Counted from the stretch's first letter, positions 41,305 to 51,383 are shown. The stretch is DNA of 64,000 nt from an uncultured Christensenellaceae bacterium (GCA_910586985.1 CAJUKK010000012.1:5377-69376), one strand, 5' to 3'. The notes: generated from the sequence alone by a model not told the origin. Program-made: numbers and translations.

Positions 41305-41897
41305 ATATTCTCCTTTTTGAAAGGGAGATGCAATTGGACTTCACCTTGCGACGCGCCGCAAAGCGGACAAATTTTCCAAGCTTCTTTTGTAGTGTGCATA
41401 TAGCCGCATTCATTGCATATCCAAAGCATCGGACGATCAGCCGCATAGAGAGAGCCGTCCTTGAACGCCTCGAACAGATATTCGAATATAATCTTATGAT
41501 TACTTTCGACCTTTGCCGTCTGCTCGAATTTAAGAGCAAGTTGCCCAAACCCCTCTTCCTTTGCAATCCTTGCAAATCCGGGATAGAGACTTTCCGCCTC
41601 CGATTCCTCGTCCTCCGCTGCAAAACGCAGATTTTCTTCCAGTGTTCCCGCATGGAACGGATAGTTTGCATCGATATGCACGTTCTCCTGACTTCCCGCA
41701 TTGTTTTGGATCGCCTCAAAGAAAATTCTCGCGTGATTTGTTTCGTTTTTTGCAATCGTGCGGATGGTATCCGCTAGCGTTTCATAACCCTGCGCCATCG
41801 CCTGTTTGACGATGAGCTGATACCGCATACCCGCCTGACATTCGCCCGCAAACGATCTTGCGAGATTGTAAAACGTCTGCGTCTTGATAAATTCCAT
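41301..41897 (-). CDS. Rubrerythrin
   Basis: Trimmed to Met8 (MEFIKTQTFYN). Ferritin-like E-x-x-H motifs (ETNHARIF, ESNHKIIF) and C-terminal rubredoxin-like CNECG...CPLCG. Confidence 0.9.
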   Translation of the reverse strand: MEFIKTQTFYNLARSFAGECQAGMRYQLIVKQAMAQGYETLADTIRTIAKNETNHARIFFEAIQNNAGSQENVHIDANYPFHAGTLEENLRFAAEDEESEAESLYPGFARIAKEEGFGQLALKFEQTAKVESNHKIIFEYLFEAFKDGSLYAADRPMLWICNECGYMHTTKEAWKICPLCGASQGEVQLHLPFKKENI

Positions 41898-41965
41898 TTG
41901 CTGTCCTCCCTTACGCAATTATCTTGTACGCAAAAAGAGTTTTTTATACAAATCTCAATAAAATT

Positions 41966-43258
41966 TTAAAGATTATTTTTACGAATGGTATCGACGGGAG
42001 AACGGCTTGCCGCTCTCAATACAGGAAATAGCGACGCTATCGTCGCCACGCCCAAGGCAAGCGCGGCGACAATCGGATAGACGGCAAAATGCGTATTGAA
42101 CGCAATCCCGAGCGTATCGAAGAGATAGTCGCTCACCGCCATCATAACGAGGGGCGTTGCGCCCAAAGCAAGCGCAGCGGAAATTACGGCGAGCAACACG
42201 CTTTCGAGCATAAAAATAAGCAGAACGCTCCCCTTTCGCGCCCCGAGCGCACGCATGATGCCGATTTCCTGACGCTTTTTTTCAAGGGAAAGACCGACGA
42301 ACTGATAGATAAGCAACGCGGAAAAGACCGAAAATGCAATCCCAAGCCCCATAAAGACGTTTTCCGTCGTTTGGATTGTATCCGCATTCGATCTTATAAC
42401 ATTCAGTCCGCCCGATGCTATCTGCAACGCCTCCCGTTTCTCTAAGCAAAGCAATATTTTCGCCGAAGAGACGGATGCAGGAAGCGCAACGGCACAATTT
42501 ACTCTGCCGTGCGCAACGCTCTCGGCAAAAATAAGTTTATCGTGCGGAGCGGATGTCTCGTCGTAATCGCTGTAATATATGTGAGAATGCGGACAATGCG
42601 TATCCACGACCCCTACGATTTTCACGCGTTTTGCCTCTTCGTCGCGCGATCCTACGCTTAAATAAAAATCGCCGCTTACAAGTTCGTTTAAAGTATTTAC
42701 GGTGCGATAACCCCGTTCATCGCGAATATAACGCGTTTCCGTCTCCACAACGGGATACGTTAACTGATCGTAATATATTCCGCCGTATTGGAACAAAAAG
42801 CTCTTCGCAACGCAGAGGGTAAGCGCGATTTCGTCCCCGCTTTGCGGCAACCGTCCCGTGAGGGCATAATCTTTCGCCTGAATAATTTCCTCGGTGCAGC
42901 AAACGCCGTCTCGCGGATAAACCGTGCCTTCGCTCCACTGTTCGGGAAAAAAGTAATAAGCGTGATAACCCGTCTCCGCAAGCAACGGCTGAAATTTCAT
43001 TCCCGTAGATTCGTTGAGATCGGCAAGCTCGTTCTTATCCCAACCCCTTTCGGAAAAGACGATTGTAAACTCCTCCGCGCCGATTGCGCTTTGCTCGAGC
43101 GTTTCTTGATCTGTGAACCCGAGCGCCAAACAAACGCCGAGCATCGTAAGCGACACGGCAAATAAAAACAGCGCGACAATAAATCTCACGGGACTGCGTT
43201 TAATACACCCCGCGCCGATTTTTAGCGCTGCTTTGAATGGCAATCCTTTGCGTTTCAT
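41966..43258 (-). CDS. ABC transporter permease, FtsX/MacB type (paralog 0)
   Basis: 430 aa: TM1, a large extracytoplasmic domain, then a C-terminal 3-TM FtsX domain. 4-nt overlap with the ATPase gene. Confidence 0.8.
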   Translation of the reverse strand: MKRKGLPFKAALKIGAGCIKRSPVRFIVALFLFAVSLTMLGVCLALGFTDQETLEQSAIGAEEFTIVFSERGWDKNELADLNESTGMKFQPLLAETGYHAYYFFPEQWSEGTVYPRDGVCCTEEIIQAKDYALTGRLPQSGDEIALTLCVAKSFLFQYGGIYYDQLTYPVVETETRYIRDERGYRTVNTLNELVSGDFYLSVGSRDEEAKRVKIVGVVDTHCPHSHIYYSDYDETSAPHDKLIFAESVAHGRVNCAVALPASVSSAKILLCLEKREALQIASGGLNVIRSNADTIQTTENVFMGLGIAFSVFSALLIYQFVGLSLEKKRQEIGIMRALGARKGSVLLIFMLESVLLAVISAALALGATPLVMMAVSDYLFDTLGIAFNTHFAVYPIVAALALGVATIASLFPVLRAASRSPVDTIRKNNL

Positions 43259-43932
43259 CTCGACGCTCCCGTATCGGAAACAATCAGTCCGTCCGCGATC
43301 TCGACAATTCGGTCGCCGTAATTTTCGGCAAACTCACGATCGTGCGAAACGACGATGACGAGGCGATCGGAAGAGAGAGATTTCAAAAGTTGTAAAACGG
43401 ATTTCCCCGTTTCGGAATCGAGCGCGCCCGTCGGCTCGTCGGCAAATATGATGCGCGGATTTTTAACAAGAGCGCGTGCAATGGCAACCCGTTGACGCTG
43501 CCCGCCCGAGAGCTCGTCTATTTTTCTGTCGCCCAATCCGTCAAGTTCGACAAGGTGCAAAATTTCGTCTATTTTTTGACCGTCGACCTTTTCGCCCTGT
43601 AATTCGAGCGCAAGCCCGATATTTCCGCGCACGGAAAAATCGGAAAGCAAGTTATAATCTTGAAAGACAAATCCGATATATTCGTTGCGGTAATCGTCCC
43701 AATCGCGCTCTTTAAAAGAGACGCTCGACTTATCATCGATCACGACTTCCCCCTCGGTCGGTACGTCCAACCCGCCCATTAAATGAAGAAGGGTGGACTT
43801 TCCCGACCCGCTCTTGCCGAGAATGAACGCCATACCGCGATCCTCAAACGTGAGATTTATTCCCTTCAACGCCTCTACGGACTGTCCCTTTTTCACGCGG
43901 TAAGTCTTTTTTAAGTTCTTAACTGCAAACAT
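43255..43932 (-). CDS. ABC transporter ATP-binding protein (MacB/LolD-like)
   Basis: Walker A GKSGSGKST, signature LSGGQRQR, Walker B IIFADEPTGALD. Confidence 0.92.
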   Translation of the reverse strand: MFAVKNLKKTYRVKKGQSVEALKGINLTFEDRGMAFILGKSGSGKSTLLHLMGGLDVPTEGEVVIDDKSSVSFKERDWDDYRNEYIGFVFQDYNLLSDFSVRGNIGLALELQGEKVDGQKIDEILHLVELDGLGDRKIDELSGGQRQRVAIARALVKNPRIIFADEPTGALDSETGKSVLQLLKSLSSDRLVIVVSHDREFAENYGDRIVEIADGLIVSDTGASR

Positions 43933-43959
43933 ATTGCACTCCTTTTTATAGTCGTTGAG

Positions 43960-43992
43960 ATTCTCACACTTCGCCTACGCTCCGCTGAGAAT
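43960..43992. repeat. Copy 1 of a ~31-35 bp intergenic element (ATTCTCA-N19-TGAGAAT)
   Basis: ATTCTCACACTTCGCCTACGCTCCGCTGAGAAT. Related copies are at 49491 and 49555. Confidence 0.5.
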
Positions 43993-44001
43993 AACGTTTG
44001 C

Positions 44002-45387
44002 TCAATATTTCTTCTTCCGCTTATAATTCCCCGAGAGATTATCGACGATCGTCTGTTTGAAAAAGTTATGAATAGGTATGAGTGCCGCGAGTACGGGTAC
44101 GATAAAACTCATGCCCGCTAAAAGCAATACATTCCAGCCGTTAAATATATAAGTTGAAACTCCGAAGGTATGATTATAAGTAAGCGACTTTATGATCCCG
44201 TAGTAAAGTCCCAGGTCAGTTATAAGCGCGAGGAAAAACGAACACACCCCTATCAATAACGCCTCAACAATAAACAATCGGGCAATATCTCTCTTTCCCG
44301 CGCCCATCGAGCGCAAAATTCCGACTTTTCGTTGTTTTAACTGAGCGGACATCGATATTAAGTGAATATTTAATACCACTGCGAATATCCCAAATACAAT
44401 CCCCGCGCAGCTTAGCAATATTGTAAACAATCGTTCTCCCGAATCGAATATAAGACCTCTTAGCTTCCATAATCCAATCTCCGGAACGGCTTCGACATAT
44501 CTTTCGCAATCGCCAAAAAAATGCAACCCGACTTCAACGATTTTTCTCACGGAACTATAATCGGTGTCTCCGATTGCAAATAAGAACCGACAATATTCGT
44601 TCTCTATTCTATCATCGCTATCACGCCACATCTGCGAGCAGAATATTCTTCCGTATGGCTTATCGAAGGTCGTTTCATCGCTTGCGGCGGTATTGTGCGT
44701 ATCCACAACACCGACAATCGTCACTTCCTCGTATTCTTTTGCAGCGTCAGAAAGCGCATTTTCACGCATCAGCTTCTTTCCGATCAAATCTTGCGGCGCG
44801 TTGATTATTTCGGTTTCAGCACGCGGCAGATTATTGTTATAGTACCATGAATTATCATTCGCGCGATACTCAAAATTGATACGGTTGTCGCTGTACCCGT
44901 ATTCAAGAAATATCTTAAACTGTGCTTCGCTTACAGCAATTTCATCGACTGCTACGGGATATCTCCCCGCAAGCAATTCGTATCCGAATTTTTCATATAT
45001 ATTTTCCGTCGCACAGATCACATCGGAATCCCGCCCGAAAGAAAAAGCTATATCCGATGACGGAAGAAAAGCCGCTATACTCACAGGGAAATTTTTGTAT
45101 TCGTGGATAAACCGATGCGGTAATTGATTTTCTATATACGATATATTCTCTTCCCCGATTGCTCCGTCGTACTCATTTTTGTAATTGTAAAATACAACAT
45201 ACGGATTTGTATTTTTCAGATAATATTGATATCCTCGCACAATATAATCAAATTGATTATAGGTATACGCCATGGAAGCAAGGGTAAAAAGAGCAAACGA
45301 AAATGCCGAGAGAATTATCGTGATAACCCTAGTTATCCACTTCCCTTGTAAGGCAAGCCTTAATGAAGTTTTAAACGGAATTTTCAA
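44002..45387 (-). CDS. FtsX-type permease (paralog 1)
   Basis: 461 aa. N-terminus MKIPFKTSLRLALQGKW and C-terminus FFKQTIVDNLSGNYKRKKKY, both shared with paralogs 2 and 3. Confidence 0.8.
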   Translation of the reverse strand: MKIPFKTSLRLALQGKWITRVITIILSAFSFALFTLASMAYTYNQFDYIVRGYQYYLKNTNPYVVFYNYKNEYDGAIGEENISYIENQLPHRFIHEYKNFPVSIAAFLPSSDIAFSFGRDSDVICATENIYEKFGYELLAGRYPVAVDEIAVSEAQFKIFLEYGYSDNRINFEYRANDNSWYYNNNLPRAETEIINAPQDLIGKKLMRENALSDAAKEYEEVTIVGVVDTHNTAASDETTFDKPYGRIFCSQMWRDSDDRIENEYCRFLFAIGDTDYSSVRKIVEVGLHFFGDCERYVEAVPEIGLWKLRGLIFDSGERLFTILLSCAGIVFGIFAVVLNIHLISMSAQLKQRKVGILRSMGAGKRDIARLFIVEALLIGVCSFFLALITDLGLYYGIIKSLTYNHTFGVSTYIFNGWNVLLLAGMSFIVPVLAALIPIHNFFKQTIVDNLSGNYKRKKKY

Positions 45388-45472
45388 AATAATCTCTCCT
45401 CACAAGCTGTGATGCTTTCAAATGCGCCGGGTTGCACTACTTTATCTCTTGTAATTTTTCTACAGACACCCT

Positions 45473-46926
45473 TTACTTTGATTTTTTCTTATAATTTCCT
45501 GAGAGGTTGTCGACGATCGTCTGCTTAAAAAATTTCTTCAGCGGAAACAAAGTACTTAAAAGCGGAACTGCATAGCATACCGCCGCCAGAATGAGAGCCG
45601 TCCAACCGTTATAGACGAGCACGGAAACGCCGAATTGGTTGATAAGCGCCCACGGCTGCAACCAACCGTAGAATGCGGCAAGAGAGGCGCAGAGCGCAAG
45701 CAAAAAGATTGCCGTAGCCATGATCAGACTCTCTAATATAAATATTTTGCTCACTGCTTTTCTGTCCGCGCCCATCGAGCGCAATATCCCGATTTTTTTC
45801 TGCTTACTCTGTATCGATTGTGAAATCAAATATCCGTTGAGTATCGCCGCAAACGTTCCAAACAGTCCGCCTCCGATAAGTCCAATCGTTAAAAATAGTT
45901 TTTCGTTATTAAACGCGTCGGTATGAAACATTCTGTCCATATCATTCAAAATCGGATAACCGCTTATCTCACCCGCATCGTAAGCCGCCTTCCACGACAA
46001 AACCTTGTTCACGAATTTTTTCATGACGGATTTTTCGGTGATGACGGGGCAATATACCTTCGCGCCCGCTTGGATTCCCGCCGTTTTCCTATCAAACCCG
46101 GCAAGCAAAAACCGCCCTGCGGGATAATTATTTATCTCTTCGCCCTCATAGTCAGTATTGAAATTGGTATTTACGACACCGACAATTTTATATTCGTACG
46201 CATGTTCATCCGTCCCGATATTACCTGCGCCGAGCGTCTTTCCGAGAATATCCGTATAATCCTTAATCTCAGTCTTGTTGGCTTGCGCCGTATCCTCGTT
46301 TATTTCGTATCGAGACCCGTTCCAACGAAAACATTCGGATACATCTCGATATCCCAAGCGGTAGAACGCCTCGAAGTGCGCTTCGCTGATTGCAACTTCA
46401 AACTCTTCCGTGGGAAATTTCCCTGCAAGCAATTCATATCCCATTGAATGATACATTTGCTCTGTGCCGTAGTTATACATCGCACCGCCAAGTGTTTTTA
46501 AATAAATTGAGTCATAGGGAGAGCCGTGAGAAAAATCATTGGAGACCTCCTCTTCTAAGCCATAAATTTGCACGATTGTACGCATCCGATCATTACGATC
46601 CGCCGTCCCCAAAAATTATTCCAATATAAAAACGTCTCGCTATTTTGCAATGTTTCCTGAGGAAAATAAAGACACTGCGCACCGATAATCTCTTCGATTT
46701 TCTTTATTTCACCGACCGTCTGCACACCATTGATAATATTAAACGTCCTGTATTTATTGTAATTCAAATATCCCTTTGCTATATTATTTTCGTAACGATA
46801 AGTGTACGACGTCAATCCAAGTGCAAACCACATAAACGCAAAAGCAGAGAGAATAATTGTAATAATCCGTCTCTCCCATTTGCCGTGAAATGCAAGCCGC
46901 AATGAAGTTTTAAACGGAATTTTCAT
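45473..46926 (-). pseudogene. FtsX-type permease (paralog 2), split by a frameshift
   Basis: ORFs 46555..46926 (N-terminus MKIPFKTSLRLAFHGKW) and 45473..46612 (remainder ending FFKQTIVDNLSGNYKKKSK) overlap in different frames. The shift maps to the CCCCAAAAA run at 46607-46615. Confidence 0.75.
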
Positions 46927-47043
46927 GTATTGATTCTCCGTAAACTATTCTTGCCTCAATTATAACATATCAAAATGATCATTTCAATACTATGTTTCTT
47001 ACAATTTACTTAAATAAAAGGGAAGGTTCAAAGTGCAACAAGT

Positions 47044-48462
47044 TCACTTCGTTTTTTTCTTATAATTCCCTGAGAGATTGTCGACAATTGATTGCTTGAA
47101 AAAGTTTCGAATGGGCAATAGAGCCGCAAGTATAGGTACGATAAAACTCATGCCCGCCAATATCAAAACATTCCAGCCATTGAGTACGAAAGGATACACG
47201 CCGAAACTTGCATACGTTTTACTCATCAGCGGAACAAGTACTCCGTAATACACTCCAAAACAGACGGGAAACGAGAAGATAAAGACGCTTAATCCGATAA
47301 GTAGCGATTCAAGCAGGAATATCCACACAATATCCGTTTTCCTTGCGCCCATCGAGCGCAAAATACCGACTTGTTGCTGCTTTAACTGCGCGGATAATGA
47401 TATCAGGTGAATGTTTAAAACAACAGCAAATATGCCGAAAACCGCGCCTGCCGCGCCTGCCATGGCGGAATATAAGTCCTCCGTCTGCGTATCGAACAGA
47501 TAATCAATATGATTCGCACCAATATTATACGTATCGGGGAATTGCTCCGTAAGCCTCATCGATGTTTCCACATGCAATTTCGCCTCGTCGTAATCCTTTG
47601 CGGGACTTGTAATTAGCTCCGTGCAAAAATAATCTTCTTTCTCAAAATAAGCATCACGCCATGAGGGAGAATAAAACGCTCTGCTAAGATCGCGACTGTA
47701 TTCTCCGTCCCGATAGCAATGCGTGTCGACGATTCCGACGATCGTCACCTCGTGTATGCCGCAATGCGCGTTTCCAATCTGTTCGTTACCCGTACGCGCG
47801 AGCGTTTTGCCGATCAAGTCGCTGTATTCCTTAATCTCTTCCTTTTCCGCAGTCGGCAGATATGTATCGAAAAAATAATTATCACTATCCGAATTATTCT
47901 TTACAAAATTTGCAAAATTATTGCTGTATCCCTCTTGCCGAAAAATTGTGAACTGATTTACATTGATTGCAATCTCATTGACACCGACGGGATACCGTCC
48001 CGCTACAACCTGAAAACCAAAATCCTCATAGAGCCGTTCTACGCCCTCTTTCCCGCTGAAGAAAAGGAGATTACTACCGCCAAAGATGTTCGACGGAATA
48101 TTCCTATATTCGGGAAAATAGGTAGCGATATCAATCCCCGTATCGTATGCATAGATATACTCTTTCCCCGTTTCCGCTTCTACGGTAGAGATCACTTCTT
48201 TCCCAAGCACGCTCGAATTTTGAAAAAGATCATTCGGCTTATCGATCCACGAAAGTTCATATTTTACGTAACCGTCGTTTCCTCCCGCTTTATTTAAAAA
48301 CCCCCTCGTTATAAAATCCGCGCGACTGTATGTGTATGCCATTGTAGCAAGCGTAAACAGCGAAAAAGCAAAAACAGATAATATGATCGTTATCACACGC
48401 GTCGCCCACCTCCTCTGCAAAGCAAGCTTGCATGAAGTTTTAAACGGAATCCCACGTTTCAT
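47044..48462 (-). CDS. FtsX-type permease (paralog 3)
   Basis: ATG at 48462 (MKRGIPFKTSCKLALQRRW), preceded by GAGGT, preferred over the ATG at 48477. C-terminus FFKQSIVDNLSGNYKKKTK. Confidence 0.8.
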   Translation of the reverse strand: MKRGIPFKTSCKLALQRRWATRVITIILSVFAFSLFTLATMAYTYSRADFITRGFLNKAGGNDGYVKYELSWIDKPNDLFQNSSVLGKEVISTVEAETGKEYIYAYDTGIDIATYFPEYRNIPSNIFGGSNLLFFSGKEGVERLYEDFGFQVVAGRYPVGVNEIAINVNQFTIFRQEGYSNNFANFVKNNSDSDNYFFDTYLPTAEKEEIKEYSDLIGKTLARTGNEQIGNAHCGIHEVTIVGIVDTHCYRDGEYSRDLSRAFYSPSWRDAYFEKEDYFCTELITSPAKDYDEAKLHVETSMRLTEQFPDTYNIGANHIDYLFDTQTEDLYSAMAGAAGAVFGIFAVVLNIHLISLSAQLKQQQVGILRSMGARKTDIVWIFLLESLLIGLSVFIFSFPVCFGVYYGVLVPLMSKTYASFGVYPFVLNGWNVLILAGMSFIVPILAALLPIRNFFKQSIVDNLSGNYKKKTK

Positions 48463-48522
48463 AAATAACCTCGCCATACTAAATGCAAGCGATACATATA
48501 ATGTACCGCTTGTAAAAATAAA

Positions 48523-49305
48523 TTAACCATTTGAAAATGCAAACATCGTATCGTACTCGTTGAATATCACGTCTTGACTTGCCTTTAGCGTTACCTTATT
48601 CGGACCACATATAACAGTAAACGTAACACCGTTTATTGTTCTTTCTTCCGGATAATACGGCCACCACCGTTCTCTCACGGTAAAATCTACAACTTCTCCC
48701 TGATATGCAAGGGAACAATATACGATACCGTCTTTTGCGTTATGGTCCCAAACAAACCCTGGTTCATCGTAAGAATTGGTAAGACAACCCGTTGTTGTAA
48801 ATCCGTTAGCATAAAATTTAGCAGAAGCAACGTGCCCAGGTGTCGCTAAATAATTGTTATATGTAGAATAAACACCATCTGCCTCACACTTGGCACGTAT
48901 AAACTTGACGTTGTTTTGATAACATGTGTAATCCGAACTCGAAGAATGTGCAACAATATTGCGAGTTTGTTTATAATTCAAGTGCTCTGTATAACATGGA
49001 TATCTATCAGAAACTCCAATCCTACCCTCCAAAAGCGTCGCATGCGTATCCTCCTGTGTAACCGTATATGTGGTAAAGCAGTAATGAGCGTTCATCCCGC
49101 CTACTTGAATCGTCGGCATTTCTACGTAAGTACAGGCAAGCGGCATAATTCCCTCATCAGAATGTGCCGAAATCGGTACTTCTGCTTGTTGCGACTCCTC
49201 CGCTTGCACGCTCATCCCCGCAGGCGCAAGCAATGCGCCGCCCGCCGCAAACACCGTGACGCCGCTAATCGCAAGCGCCAAAATCCGTTTTACTGATTTC
49301 GTCAT
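48523..49305 (-). CDS. Secreted Cys-rich protein of unknown function
   Basis: ORF trimmed to Met36 (MTKSVKRILALAISGVTVFAAGGALLAPAGMSVQAEE, a signal peptide), preceded by GGGGGAG. About ten Cys in the mature part. No recognised domain. Confidence 0.6.
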   Translation of the reverse strand: MTKSVKRILALAISGVTVFAAGGALLAPAGMSVQAEESQQAEVPISAHSDEGIMPLACTYVEMPTIQVGGMNAHYCFTTYTVTQEDTHATLLEGRIGVSDRYPCYTEHLNYKQTRNIVAHSSSSDYTCYQNNVKFIRAKCEADGVYSTYNNYLATPGHVASAKFYANGFTTTGCLTNSYDEPGFVWDHNAKDGIVYCSLAYQGEVVDFTVRERWWPYYPEERTINGVTFTVICGPNKVTLKASQDVIFNEYDTMFAFSNG

Positions 49306-49329
49306 AGCAATTCTCCCCCTTAAAAGATT

Positions 49330-49374
49330 ATTATCGGTCGATAATATTTTATCACATCTTTTTCCCTTTGTCAA
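49330..49374 (-). promoter_or_regulatory. Promoter with an adjacent palindromic operator
   Basis: Minus strand reads TTGACA, a 17-nt spacer, then TGaTAAAAT, immediately followed by ATTATCG-AC-CGATAAT (49330-49345). Confidence 0.55.
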
Positions 49375-49490
49375 TGGAATTCTAAAACATTTTTTGTTCT
49401 TATTTTGCATTTTTTATATTTTTAACATAATATTCTCTCTTGCGCTCTCGGCGGCGCTCAGGGGATAAAATGGGGATAAAATGCAGTGGA

Positions 49491-49521
49491 ATTTCTCACA
49501 GTCGCTCCGCTCCTTGAGAAT
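49491..49521. repeat. Copy 2 of the intergenic element
   Basis: ATTTCTCACAGTCGCTCCGCTCCTTGAGAAT. Confidence 0.5.
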
Positions 49522-49554
49522 GAGATTTAAGATATTCCCCGCTATGTAACCCGT

Positions 49555-49589
49555 CATTCTCGGCGAGCCCGTAGGGCAAATGTGAAAAT
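49555..49589. repeat. Copy 3 (diverged) of the intergenic element
   Basis: CATTCTCGGCGAGCCCGTAGGGCAAATGTGAAAAT. It matches the reverse complement of copies 1 and 2 (ATTCTC...GAGC...TGTGA.AAT). Confidence 0.35.
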
Positions 49590-49601
49590 CTGTTTCTTAA
49601 T

Positions 49602-49629
49602 AAAAAACGGCGCAAACGCGCCGTTTTTT
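49602..49629. terminator. Bidirectional terminator after the ClC gene
   Basis: AAAAAACGGCGC-AAAC-GCGCCGTTTTTT. Confidence 0.7.
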
Positions 49630-49634
49630 CATTA

Positions 49635-51299
49635 TCATTCTTCCTGCGGATTGGGTGGATCGGGCAGAGTTTCGGAAGAAATTTCCGGTTCTGATTGCAC
49701 CGTATCCGACTCTACAAGCTCGCCGACCGTGCTTTCCAAATTCTTTAAATACTCTTCCGAGTTTGCCGTTTCTCCTTTGACAAAAATTATATCGCCCTCT
49801 TTCAACACCGTCTCGCCGTCGGGAACGATCGTAAGTGATCCGCGCTCCAACGTGGTGACAAGGATATCCGACGGCCACAGTATATTGCGCACCGATCTTC
49901 CGTCCGCAGGCGCGCCCGCTTTAACGCGCAAGGTCGCCGTGAGACTGACGCGTTTTTCGCCCCTTCTCTGTTCTTCCAAAATACCGTCGAGTAACTTATC
50001 GTATATCGGTTCCGTACGGAAGATATCGCCCACTAAGTAGCCGATTGCCGCTCCGATGACGACGGGAAGCAAGAAAGTAAAGCTCCAGGTGAGTTCCACC
50101 ACCATGACGATTCCGGTAATGGGTGCTTTTACGACAGTCGTAAAAAACGTTGCCATACAAATCATAATGAGTGCATCCGAATAGGCAGGATCCATCCCCA
50201 TCTGAATGCACATGAGACTTAACAGCGCGCCCATCCCCGCTCCGATCGCAAGCATGGGAATAAACACGCCGCAGGGTACGCCCGCGCCCATATTGGCAAT
50301 CGACACGATAAATTTTAGTACGATTACGATCAGCAAAGTTGCCCACAACGGCGAAGAAAATACGCTCTCTACGCCGTGCGACAGACTGCCGAGGCTTTCG
50401 ATAAATTCATGTCCGCCGCCCATGACGTTGACGGTAATCAAGCCGAACGCACCGGCAAGCATAAAGGGAATGAGCATTTTACCCGTCCCTCTCCAGAACG
50501 TAATTTTAGAAAAAAGTTTTTTTGCGCGGAATACGAGAAAATAAAACCCTACTCCTGCAAGCGCACAGATAAACGCCGCGAGTATCACATACAGATAGGA
50601 AAACATATCGGGCGAAGTAAATGCGTAAGTCGTAAACGTGGAACCCGTTGCAAGTCCCATGGCGGGACGGAGCAGATTCCGCGTGATAATCGCCACGATA
50701 ACCGAGGAAAAGGAGCAAACGAACACCTCGGGCGTAAACCGTTTATGCGCCTCTTCAAACGCAAACGCCATACCTGTGAGCGGCGCATTAAAGGCGACTG
50801 CAAGTCCCGCGCACGCGCCGCCCGTGATCTGATATCTGCGAACAAGATCGCCCCGACGAAGCATATTGCTCATTCCGTATCCGCACGCGCCGCCGATCTG
50901 AATACTCGGGCCCTCGCTGCCTGCCGACATACCCATAAAAATCGTAAACAAACTGCATGCAAACATTCCCGTAAGCACCTGATACCATTTAAAACGAATG
51001 AGTCCGCGCGTTGCGCCCTCCGTTTGCGGAATACCGCTTCCGCGGATCATAGGTATAAATTTGAGTACTCCTCCGATCACGATCGCGCCGACAAAAAGAG
51101 CGGCGAACAAAAGCGGAATAAACGCGGGATGCTCGCGGAAAAAATCATAATATCCGCGCGAAAACTCTTCCGCCATACTCGCAAGGACGTTATACAGCGT
51201 TACGACAAGTCCCGCAAACAGTCCCGTCAGCGCTCCTACGGAAACGATTTGCGCGCCGTAATGCGCTTTATTTCCCAAATTTTGTATTTTTTGTTTCAT
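49635..51299 (-). CDS. ClC-family chloride channel/antiporter with a C-terminal RCK_C (TrkA-C)-like domain
   Basis: GSGIPQ, GSEGP and GVFIPML selectivity motifs, plus a soluble C-terminal ~90-aa domain. Confidence 0.88.
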   Translation of the reverse strand: MKQKIQNLGNKAHYGAQIVSVGALTGLFAGLVVTLYNVLASMAEEFSRGYYDFFREHPAFIPLLFAALFVGAIVIGGVLKFIPMIRGSGIPQTEGATRGLIRFKWYQVLTGMFACSLFTIFMGMSAGSEGPSIQIGGACGYGMSNMLRRGDLVRRYQITGGACAGLAVAFNAPLTGMAFAFEEAHKRFTPEVFVCSFSSVIVAIITRNLLRPAMGLATGSTFTTYAFTSPDMFSYLYVILAAFICALAGVGFYFLVFRAKKLFSKITFWRGTGKMLIPFMLAGAFGLITVNVMGGGHEFIESLGSLSHGVESVFSSPLWATLLIVIVLKFIVSIANMGAGVPCGVFIPMLAIGAGMGALLSLMCIQMGMDPAYSDALIMICMATFFTTVVKAPITGIVMVVELTWSFTFLLPVVIGAAIGYLVGDIFRTEPIYDKLLDGILEEQRRGEKRVSLTATLRVKAGAPADGRSVRNILWPSDILVTTLERGSLTIVPDGETVLKEGDIIFVKGETANSEEYLKNLESTVGELVESDTVQSEPEISSETLPDPPNPQEE

Positions 51300-51383
51300 A
51301 TGTACCTCTTATGCGCCCGACTGTTTTATCATATCGGACAATCATTCACAACAAAATTTTGTCGACTATCAATAAAAACGAAA

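Noticed and set aside
40806-49410. tRNA-Arg as the attachment site of an integrated island carrying the ABC/FtsX block
   Set aside because: I saw no integrase and no direct repeat of the tRNA 3-prime end downstream. Rubrerythrin with normal composition lies in between. Noted as context only.
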